A stretch of 63,865 bases of DNA, the filler included, from Octopus bimaculoides (lineage: Eukaryota), in the NCBI RefSeq assembly GCF_001194135.2. It is 4 parts of 4 records of this genome, joined end to end, with 100 filler letters (N's around TTAATTAATTAA, not from the genome) between each part and the next. Parts side by side here need not be neighbours in the genome. Positions count along the whole stretch, not along the records: positions 47,662 to 61,101 come from NW_026305254.1; positions 61,202 to 63,865 come from NC_068985.1; 2 more parts are not named here. One strand, written 5' to 3'. The notes under the pieces are model-generated. The model was not told where the DNA came from and did not search any database. It worked only from the letters and a program-made list of their open reading frames with translations. The translations under genes and the position numbers were made by a program. Below are positions 50,468 to 63,865 of this stretch, piece by piece. The first letter of the stretch is position 1; each line of letters starts with the position of its first letter.

Positions 50468-52968
50468 GACAGATAGATAGATATGTATATATATATATAT
50501 ATATATACATATATATGTATGTATCTATCTATCTATCTATGTGTGTGTGTTTTTGTGTCTGTCCTCCTCATCATCATTTGACAACTGGTGTTGGTATGTT
50601 TACATCCCTATATCCTAGTGTTTTGGCAAAATACACCAATAGAATGAGAACCAGGCTTAAAGAAGAGAAAAAGAAAGAAAGTAAAAAAGGAACCAGGAAA
50701 ATGCATGGATATATAAATATATATAATAATGCCATATAATACCTTATACTTATCTTATAATACTGCAATACGAAAAATTTAAAGTTATAAAATGTAAGTC
50801 AAAGTAGAAGCAAACAGTGGTAATTATGTATGTGGCAAGGTATGTTGTAAAAACCTGCCTGGATGAGTGTCTCCAAAGCAAGAAACTAATAGTCATTCAT
50901 ATCTTTTTTACTGTGTACATTAAATGCTGGATGGAGAACTTTTATTGTTGATCCTACCTTCAAGGAACAGTAAACCACACACACACACACACACACACAC
51001 AGCTAGAAGCACATGATGTCTACCTTTGTATGTGACAGCACTTCTGATGAGCAACACTTGAAGCCTGGCTCTTGATCACAATACCTAAACAGAGATCTGT
51101 TACAGCTTCCAATGAGTAATGTTTGTGGCTTTTGTAGGTCATAGTGTTGTCGTTGTCGTTGTTGTCGTTGTTGTTGTTGGTGGTGGTGGTGGTGGTGTCA
51201 TTGCTGACTCTTCTTCTCCTAATAATAGTAAAAGGCTTCAATATCTGGTTTAGACATTATCTTGTGGTAGCAGTCTAAGCAACAGCTCAGCATTCATCAT
51301 GTTGCTACTAGCTTTGTGTGTGTGTATATATATATATGTATATATACATATATATTTATATATATACACATATATTTATATATATACATATATATGGCTG
51401 GGTTTATGTGTATATATATGTGTATTATGTACATATGTTTATGTATGCATGCTGTTAATCAAAGTACCTTTCCCAAAGGCACAATGTACCACCAAGTCTA
51501 AGAATTGAACCTACAGCATTTCATTCCGTCCTTTCCCAGCTGGCATAGCCATGTTTCTCCTCTACAGAAAGACACCTCTTTCTCTCCATCTATCGTACTC
51601 CTTCCTCGCGACATTTGGCAAAAGCCATTCCCCTCAATAGCATCCCTTCAATCAAGGGGTCTTGTCTCATCAGTTGATTGGTAAACTCACCGCTGCTGCT
51701 GGTTCCCCATAAAAAGCACCCAGCACACCACTCTGTAAAGTGGCTGGTGTTAGTAAGGGCATCCAGCCATAGAAACCAAGCCAAAGCAGACAATTGAAGC
51801 TTAACTCAACCATCTGAGCTGTTGGATCCTGTCAAACAGTCCAACCCATGCCAGCATGGAATACGGATGTTAAATGATGATGATGAGGAAGATAATAATA
51901 ATAATTAGATGCAGTATTACTCCAGCCTAAAATTCAATTTAAAAGAAGCTTTTATTTGGAGGAAAACTGGAGAGGGCACCAGGCGCTAGAATAATTCAGC
52001 AATAGTTTTATAAAAAACATTAGAAAAGATTACTTTACTTTCTTATATATAAATATATACATATATGTATATATATGTGTGTATATATCTAGAAATATAC
52101 TTTATATATAAATATATAGTATAGTTCTAGACTGGCAAGTAGGAACTTCCAAATTATAAGGGGGATTATACCAACAGACACATCATTGTTTATTATTTCT
52201 ATTTCTGTCACGAGTTGGTATGTAATAAATCGTATTCTTATCTGTGCAGCCACATCTACCCAAGGCCTTATTGTAACTCATGAAAAGATCTTTAGACATC
52301 TTCAGATATTTTCTCGTTTGCAGACGTATAAGATAACCTAGATAATTAGTGTTTAAATGAGAGTCTAAGTTACGTTTTTTGGGTGGTTAGATAATTGAAT
52401 TGTGTTATGAAGAGACTCAACACGTAGTTGAGATAATATGAATGAATTGAGAAGTTAAGGGTTACATCTAAAAAGCTGATTATTGCAGTGCTTGTGATAA
52501 ATAATCTAAATTGCTTTGAATAACTTGAATTTCGTGGTTGGGTGTTTGCTTCCTAGCCTCAGGGTTCTAGGTTCAGTCCCACTGCATGGTACCTTGAGCA
52601 AGTATTTTCTATTAGAGCCTTAGGCTGACCATCTGTGCCTGTGTTTCTCCCCCATCATCGCTTGAGAACCGGTGTTGGTATGTTTACGTCCCTGTAACTT
52701 AGCAGTTCAGCAAAAGAGACTGATAGAATAAGTACCATGCTTTAGAAAAACTAACTATTGGAGTGGAGTCCTTCCCCTAAAGTTCTTCAAGGAAGTGCCC
52801 CAGCATGGCCTCAGTCTAAAGACTGAAACAGTATATATATGTGTATATATATATATCATCATCATCATCATCATCGTTTAACGTCCGCTTTCCATGCTAG
52901 CATGGGTTGGACGATTTGACAGAGGGCTGGTGGACCAGGAGGCGACACCAGGCTACACACACACACAC

Positions 52969-53005
<37 letters not shown>

Positions 53006-53826
53006 CAGTTCTTTTTCAAGGGGAGTTGTACGTGTTGCCTATTTCTGCAAACACATGTCAGCTTCAGGCTTTTTTATGCATCATACGTCATGCGTCACAC
53101 CTCATAACTTCCATACCTACGAACTTAATCACGTGATGACGTAAAGACCTGTGCATGCCTCGACAACAGGCCCCATTTGTTCCAAAGCCTCCATCGGCTC
53201 ACAATGCTTCTTTTCAATTCAATTTTTTTTTCCTTCGCATTTCATTGTTTTTATAATAATAATAATAATAATTATTATTTTTTTTTTGTTCTGGGTGTCT
53301 GTTTTATAATTATTTTATCAAGACAAGATTTAGAAACAGGCAGAGCAGAAAACATTGGGGAAGAAAGGGTGATGGGGTCTGGAGAAGATAAAGAGATTGA
53401 ATGTCTCTGTATGTATCTCTCTTTCTCTCTCTCATCTATCCTGACTTCAAATATATATGTGTGTGTATGTATATATGTGCATGTATGCATATATATATAT
53501 ATAGATATATATATATATATATACACATATAAGAAAACTTGAGAGAAAGACAGCCTGCTAGTCACTTACTCTCTCCCTCTGATATATCAGTGTGTGTATG
53601 TGCTCATGCTTGTATATGCATGTGTGTGTGTGTGTGTGTGTATGTGTGTGTGTATATATATATGTATATAGATAGATAGATAGATAGATTAGATACACAC
53701 ACATACATATCCACAAACAGACTAGCTTTTGAAATATTTATTTGCGTATTCACTTCTCTCCCCCCCCCCTTTTCTAGACACCATGGCTGTTTTGCAAATA
53801 ATTATCACTCTGTCTGTCTCATTTTG

Positions 53827-53868
<42 letters not shown>

Positions 53869-56084
53869 TCTCTCTCTCTCTCTCTCTCTCTCGTTATTTC
53901 TTTCTCTCTTTGTAGCTGTCTGTCTATCTCTTTCTCTCTTTCTCTTCTGAAACTTTGTTACAAGCACATGAATGCCTTTTATGGAAGGAAGGACACTCCG
54001 GCTCTGTGTGTATGTGTGTGTATTTATTGTATATATGCAATTATGTGTGTGTATATGTTTGAATGTGATATANNNNNNNNNNNNNNNNNNNNNNNNNNNN
54101 NNNNNNNNNNNNNNNNNNNNNNNNNNNNNNNNNNNNNNNNNNNNNNNNNNNNNNNNNNNNNNNNNNNNNNNNNNNNNNNNNNNNNNNNNNNNNNNNNNNN
54201 NNNNNNNNNNNNNNNNNNNNNNNNNNNNNNNNNNNNNNNNNNNNNNNNNNNNNNNNNNNNNNNNNNNNNNNNNNNNNNNNNNNNNNNNNNNNNNNNNNNN
54301 NNNNNNNNNNNNNNNNNNNNNNNNNNNNNNNNNNNNNNNNNNNNNNNNNNNNNNNNNNNNNNNNNNNNNNNNNNNNNNNNNNNNNNNNNNNNNNNNNNNN
54401 NNNNNNNNNNNNNNNNNNNNNNNNNNNNNNNNNNNNNNNNNNNNNNNNNNNNNNNNNNNNNNNNNNNNNNNNNNNNNNNNNNNNNNNNNNNNNNNNNNNN
54501 NNNNNNNNNNNNNNNNNNNNNNNNNNNNNNNNNNNNNNNNNNNNNNNNNNNNNNNNNNNNNNNNNNNNNNNNNNNNNNNNNNNNNNNNNNNNNNNNNNNN
54601 NNNNNNNNNNNNNNNNNNNNNNNNNNNNNNNNNNNNNNNNNNNNNNNNNNNNNNNNNNNNNNNNNNNNNNNNNNNNNNNNNNNNNNNNNNNNNNNNNNNN
54701 NNNNNNNNNNNNNNNNNNNNNNNNNNNNNNNNNNNNNNNNNNNNNNNNNNNNNNNNNNNNNNNNNNNNNNNNNNNNNNNNNNNNNNNNNNNNNNNNNNNN
54801 NNNNNNNNNNNNNNNNNNNNNNNNNNAACAGATACATAGATACATATATACATACATATATAGGAGTATATAAGAATATGTAATGCTAAATAGGTAAAGA
54901 TTTACAATGTAACGAAATTAAGAAAATGAAAAATAACTTTAAAAAAAACAACACATAAACACATGTGTGCGTATATATATACATACATATATATATCTTC
55001 ATCATCATCGTTTAACGTCTGCTTTCCATGCTAGCATGGGTTGGACGATTTCACTGAGGACTGGTGAAACCAGATGGCTACACCAGGCTCCAGTCTAATT
55101 TGGCAGAGTTTCTACAGCTGGATGCCTTTCCTAATGCCAACCACTCAGAGAGTGTAGTGGGTGCTTTTACGTGTCACCCGCACGAAGGCCAGTCAGGCGA
55201 CACACACACACACACACATGTGCACATATATACCTATACACGTATCTGTGCAGCCATCACCGAGCACCACACATACCCAACCTACCCACCTTCATCAGGG
55301 TAGATGCATTTTCTGCACATAATTTAGTTGTTGAAAATAGAATGTGTGTGGGTGACATCTGATGTTTGAGTGGGAACAGGAGTTCACTGAATCTTATTTG
55401 CAATCAAGAAAATAGATTTCCAAACTAAAAGAATGGAGAAATATCTTTGAATTTTTGCAAGTTGTAATATCTGTTGTTCTTAAACTTGTTCAGGCAGACA
55501 ATAATCTGCCTCTAGAAAATTCTTTATAAAGAATTTTGCATTGAGTTTGTAATTGTCTCGTTTCTCACTTTCTCATCATATTTTTCACCATTGCATCTTA
55601 TACAAAACATTTGCCTTAGTCAGCTGAATTTTCTGTATCTTTGTTTATCCTGGCTCACAGCCAGATAGATCTCTTATTCGCTGACAAAATGTCATTAGAG
55701 CAACTACACTGACAGGAAACCGAAGGTTCTGGTGGTGAGATGCTGACTGTAGATTTCTTAATATCTAAATATTTACACTTTGCACACTTCACCTGGAAGT
55801 GAATACAATTTCTTGTTATTAGCATAATACACAACAAACACTCACACAAGTACACAAACATACACACAAAAATACACACACACACACAAACATGCCCACA
55901 CAAGCACACAGACACTGATGTACACTAATGAAAATACACACACACAAATACACAACCACACACATACACACTTTCACACACACACACACACTTACACATA
56001 CACATGCACTCACACACACACACTCATACAAATACAAAAATACACACACACATTGCAAGACTAATAACCTGGTGTACAACTCAA

Positions 56085-56148
56085 TATACATAGGCTTCAG
56101 AGTGAAGCATCAGTCACGTACAGACTGGAACATGAAACAACTGTAAGT
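56085..56148 (+). promoter_or_regulatory. Candidate proximal core promoter and short 5' UTR exon of CSRP
   Basis: TATA-like TATACATA at 56085, Inr-like TCAGTC at 56110, strong donor GTAAGT at 56143 that would give a 105-nt intron to the acceptor at 56247. Confidence 0.4.
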
Positions 56149-56278
56149 CTATGAAGTTCATACGATAATTGCTTATTCTTTTGTCCTCTCCTTTTCTGAT
56201 AGACACATGTATAAAACAATGGTGTCCATTTTTCCTTCATCTTCCAGTAAACCAGGAGAGTAAGCCACAAAACTCAAA

Positions 56279-59175
<2,897 letters not shown>

Positions 59176-59318
59176 ACTAGAAAACCAATGGAATGGCGCC
59201 AATCATTCAAGACAAGAGTAAATCCGTAGAACAGAGAGGAAAACACGATTGCTTTCTGCAACATGTCATCTTAGCAATGTCACAATGCCAAAGAAAATCT
59301 TTTGTGTGAAACTTTAAT

Positions 59319-59324
59319 AATAAA
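59319..59324 (+). terminator. Candidate polyadenylation signal of CSRP (second AATAAA at 59501-59506)
   Basis: AATAAA about 145 nt after the stop codon with U-rich sequence downstream; AATAAA is common in this AT-rich DNA, so which site is used is unproven. Confidence 0.4.
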
Positions 59325-59572
59325 AAGAAAACAAATTTTTTTTTATTTTCCTCCGTCTGTGAGTTTCTCTCCATCTTTCAGTCAGTCAAAAAGTATTTTT
59401 TCGTCCTCTGTTGGTTTTTTTTTTTTTGTTTTGATTTATTCATTTTCTTTTTGTATTTTCTGAATTTAATTTAAGTTTTGTAGATTTCAGCAAAAAAATT
59501 AATAAAAATGCAATGATTGAAAAAAATTAAAATAAAAACATACACACACACACACATATATCTATACAAATA

Positions 59573-59621
<49 letters not shown>

Positions 59622-59774
59622 TGTGTGTGTATAAAATATATGGAAAATAAATTATTTATAAAAACTCCTTTGAATTTAGAAGTGTTATTATTTAATTTGT
59701 TCCCATGGAAACCATTTAACATTCATCTTATATTTTCTCATCTTTGGTAGATGCAAACTGAAAGAAGCCCGTCG

Positions 59775-59832
<58 letters not shown>

Positions 59833-61201
59833 TATATGTTTGTGTGTCTGTGTTTGTCCCCCCCAACATCGCTTGACAACCGATGCTGGTATGTTTACGT
59901 CCCTGTCACTTAGCAGTTCAGCAAGACAGACCGATAGAATAAGTACTAGGCTTACAAAGAATAAGTCCTGGGGGTCGATTTGCTTGACTATAAAGGTGGN
60001 NNNNNNNNNAAAGAATAAGTCCTGGGGGTCGATTTGCTTGACTATAAAGGTGGTGCTCCAGCATGGCCACAGTCAAAAGACTGAAACAAATAAAAGAATG
60101 AATGGTATTGTCATGGGGCAGTCTTTCACTCTGACGTGCAATCCCATGGTCATTCATCACTGACAGACAGTCTTTAGTCTTTATACATATGAATAAAGGC
60201 GTTTTCGGCACTTTGTCCTTCGTTTCCTTCATCCATCAATTTCAATCTCTTTGGTCTTTTCAGCAACACACACCAAAACACCTGGGCGTCTGAAGAGGGT
60301 TAAACCAGTCATATCCAGTTCAAACATTGTTTTATGTTCAAACTGGCTGGATCCAGCACCTCACACCTGTCCTACAATGTCGTTCTTAAAAATAAAAAAA
60401 ATTATAAAAGAAAAAAAAAGAAGATATTTTGAAGAAAGATATAATTTGAAATAAGTTTATTATGTTTGAGAATTAGGGGTCAGTGACACAAGGACTGCAG
60501 CAGATGCAGGGGATCAGATGTGTGTGTGTAAGTAAGTGTGAGAGTGTGTGTGTGTATACACGAGTTTCAATTATGTGCCTGTCTATGTGTATGTGTGATG
60601 AGTGTGTGTGTGTGTGTGTATCAAGTATGTATCCATAGTTACGGCTTCCAGCAAATGACCCCTAATGCTATGGATGCAGCCTTGGCAACAGCTGGGATAG
60701 GGTCAGATGTTATCGCTTGAATCTGCAAATAATAAAAAAAGTTTATGCAATATATTTATATATATACAGATATATATATATATATATATATGTAAAGCTT
60801 AGATATGTTTCGACCAAAGATTGGTCCAGGCCATGTCTAACTTAATAGCACCACCTGATAGGATTATCTAAATCCTTTTTACAGTCAAGGTTTGTTTATG
60901 GTCCATTCAAGTAGTGAGTTCTTGTTGAGTGAGTTGTATCCAGGTATGGGTGGCTCGTCTGGTATTCCTTGAAGAAATCTGTCCAGACTCCGTTTAAAGC
61001 TGATGGGATCCTTTTCCTCTTCAATCAGTTTCGGGACAATGTGAAACAGGGCAGGGGATGTTGAGGAAAAGAAATTATGCCGCAGTGTACCTATACGTTG
61101 TNNNNNNNNNNNNNNNNNNNNNNNNNNNNNNNNNNNNNNNNNNNNTTAATTAATTAANNNNNNNNNNNNNNNNNNNNNNNNNNNNNNNNNNNNNNNNNNN
61201 N

Positions 61202-61506
61202 TGTTGGCTGCTCAAGAGTGGGCAGCAACAAAAAACCTATTTGTATATGCTCCACAAGGCAAAACAAGGAACATAGTTTACAATGAGATGTTATAATCAC
61301 AACAGCAAGAAAGTATGTAAATGATCACCTTCTTTTACGAAACTTCATTGACTTTCATATATTTATATTGATATACATATATATACGTGTGTTTGGGTGC
61401 ATGTGTGTATATACATCTCTATATATAAAGATGATGCGTAGTCTAGACGGCGTTTTTAGATTTCATTATTCTCTGTAACTCGGGCAACGCCGGGTATTTC
61501 TGCTAG
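61202..61506 (+). mobile_element. Helitron 3' end: last helicase codons plus terminal hairpin and CTAG
   Basis: VGCSRVGS / LFVYAPQGKTRNIVYNEML* (one frameshift, stop 61294-61296); CTCGG-GCAACG-CCGGG hairpin, TATTTCTG, CTAG (61503-61506), then T. Confidence 0.85.
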
Positions 61507-62006
61507 TTAGTTTATAAATGTTTTCAGGAACAATAGAGGGATGCACGTACTATTATATAGGTGCTTGCACAATTGATTTTAAGTCGAAAATATATAATCA
61601 CGTTTCTTCATTTAAATATGGTGAAAAAAAGAAAGCTTCACTTCTTTGATTTCGAAGCCTCAAACAGAGAAATGTTAGGTACGATATTAAATACGCTATA
61701 ATAAGTAGTGCTCTACGGTGTAATATAGCGAAACTTAAATGTAACGTATGCCTCGAGTATACACTGCGTATCTTTACAACTAAATGTAATATATTAAGGA
61801 AAAGAAAATAAATATTAAGGATACATTTCCTTAGAAGAACATCTAAAACCGTCCCAAATATATGGAGTAGTGATTAGTATATTCTGATACAATAGGTTGG
61901 ATCTGCCTTTCTCGGTTTGGTAAATTTAGTATTTTAAACGTAGCCAGTACTGTTTAGTAGAGACACTAATATTTATTTTATCAAATTATTTAAACTTAAT
62001 TTTCAA

Positions 62007-62042
<36 letters not shown>

Positions 62043-62896
62043 GTTGTAACGTTGTTATGGTTATTATCATTAGTATTTTAAGTTTTTTAAAGTCTGTAAT
62101 TAGATTGGTTAATTAATTTATAATCATTTTAGTTTTCTTAATTTATTTTTTTATTTATTTCTTTAACTTTATTTTTTTTCGTTTTAATTTATCTTAATGA
62201 TATTACAATTACTTTATTTTTAAATATTTAGACTGTTAAGGAAGATAATCTTTTTGAAATAGATCTTCCTTAGTGAACTATATATTGTTTATTTTCCTTT
62301 AAATTTCTCGTCAATTCAACCTGTCTTCTACTCATAGCTTATATTTAGAATTAACACTGATCAAATGACATTTCCACGTTAACCTATATAGTCATTTAAT
62401 GAACAGCTTTGTTCTACATACTTTCTCTGAGTATTTAAACTGGTTGATAATAGTTTAAATGGGATAAGGATTTTGCCATTGACATTTTTCAAATCGACGT
62501 GTGAGATTGAAGAAACTAACAATCAATGTTTCTGTCCAATGCACTGTGGTTAAGGTTTTATAAGGATAAGATAACGTTAAATTTTTCTATCAATGCAGAA
62601 TCTTAGTCGACCAAATAGGGGGTCGATTAATGTGCATGATTACTGCATCGCGAAATTTCTGGACTCTGCCAATGTATCCGAAACGTGCGTAAGCTCATTA
62701 AAAATGAATAATTATCCATTTTTTGTATTTCTCAACTATTCTCCGTGACTTCATTCTAAATTTGATAGGTGTTGGCACTTCGGTTTTAAAAACTAGACAA
62801 GTGCCATGAATTAAATTGATTTTCGTCGAACAATTTAGTTAGTTTAAGTTTGGACCGCACAGAGTGCTTATTAAGTATTCTCTTAGATTTTTAATC

Positions 62897-62935
<39 letters not shown>

Positions 62936-62948
62936 CTATATATATAAT

Positions 62949-63011
<63 letters not shown>

Positions 63012-63865
63012 TACTGTGAAAATGCGTGGCTTAAAAGTTAGGGCGTTGCATTCATGATCGTAAGGTTGAAGCTTCGATTCCAGGATCGGTCAATGCGCTG
63101 GGGTATCGACCAAAAACTCTTCAATTCATTCAGGTGGCAAGAATGAGTATTTCTGTGAGGGAATCCGGGAAAACAGCCTTATGAAATTATGGCTCGGGAA
63201 GGACATATATATACATATNNNNNNNNNNNNNNNNNNNNNNNNNNNNNNNNNNNNNNNNNNNNNNNNNNNNNNNNNNNNNNNNNNNNNNNNNNNNNNNNNN
63301 NNNNNNNNNNNNNNNNNNNNNNNNNNNNNNNNNNNNNNNNNNNNNNNNNNNNNNNNNNNNNNNNNNNNNNNNNNNNNNNNNNNNNNNNNNNNNNNNNNNN
63401 NNNNNNNNNNNNNNNNNNNNNNNNNNNNNNNNNNNNNNNNNNNNNNNNNNNNNNNNNNNNNNNNNNNNNNNNNNNNNNNNNNNNNNNNNNNNNNNNNNNN
63501 NNNNNNNNNNNNNNNNNNNTATATATATATATATATATATATATCATATATGAAATAATCTGTGTACGTGTGTGTGTGGCGGGTGAATTGTGTTATTTTA
63601 GCAGAGCAAGCAATATTAAATAAAAATCGAAGTTATATTATTGAAGTAGGGTGTATATATCTGTCAAACAAATACAAAATTTATATTTTAGTCTGATTTG
63701 CTATATGTATTCATTTATTTATCTTAGGGGTACATTGCGTGCCTTGCACTTGTATAGGACACGTCATTGATTATCTATCTATTGATCTCCCTCTCTATCT
63801 CTAAACAATAGAATATTATATATGATTTCTGCATCCTGTTATCAATATACATATATATATATATA

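Noticed and set aside
51014-51080. CTGATGAGC...GCTC and C/D-box-like words
   Set aside because: No GAAA after the stem for a hammerhead, and no proper C box or terminal stem for a snoRNA.
55655-55810. Exon-like minus-strand segment (ttccAG|GTGAAGTGTGCAAAGTGT..., CxxC-containing)
   Set aside because: No recognisable domain, no partner exons and no convincing donor; could be chance.
59950-60052. Direct duplication of AAGAATAAGTCCTGGGGTCGATTTGCTTGACTATAAAGGTGG around an 11-N gap
   Set aside because: Typical unmerged contig overlap inside a SINE; most likely an assembly artefact.

Overview
AT-rich eukaryotic genomic DNA saturated with microsatellites, with about 7 kb of N gaps and three artificial TTAATTAATTAA spacers. 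The repeat families and microsatellite load point to an octopod cephalopod draft assembly (inference). I can support one host protein-coding gene: a two-LIM-domain cysteine/glycine-rich protein (CSRP / muscle LIM protein family) on the + strand. It has five coding exons from 56279 to 59175 with all-canonical GT-AG introns, which join into a 570-nt, 189-aa ORF. The rest is transposon debris: Helitron Rep/Hel remnants and several Helitron 3' ends, an internally deleted mariner with both TIRs, Tc1 and hAT-Buster fragments and a Buster MITE, Penelope-like (PLE) RT/GIY-YIG remnants, R4/Dong-like and HERO-like RLE LINE fragments, CR1-like 3' ends, and at least four SINE families. Best second-look items: (1) a dispersed repeat family carrying a minimal hammerhead-ribozyme fold in which all three copies have U instead of the conserved core A6; (2) a candidate alternative terminal exon giving a single-LIM CSRP isoform; (3) a ~530-bp non-coding element repeatedly embedded in (TAA)n-type tracts, alongside R4/Dong-like fragments that abut such tracts; (4) a perfect 20-bp hairpin in the 3' UTR of a HERO-like element and an orphan pre-miRNA-like hairpin. 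Nearly all ORFs in the supplied track are artefacts of microsatellites or N runs. All alignments and folds were done by eye.
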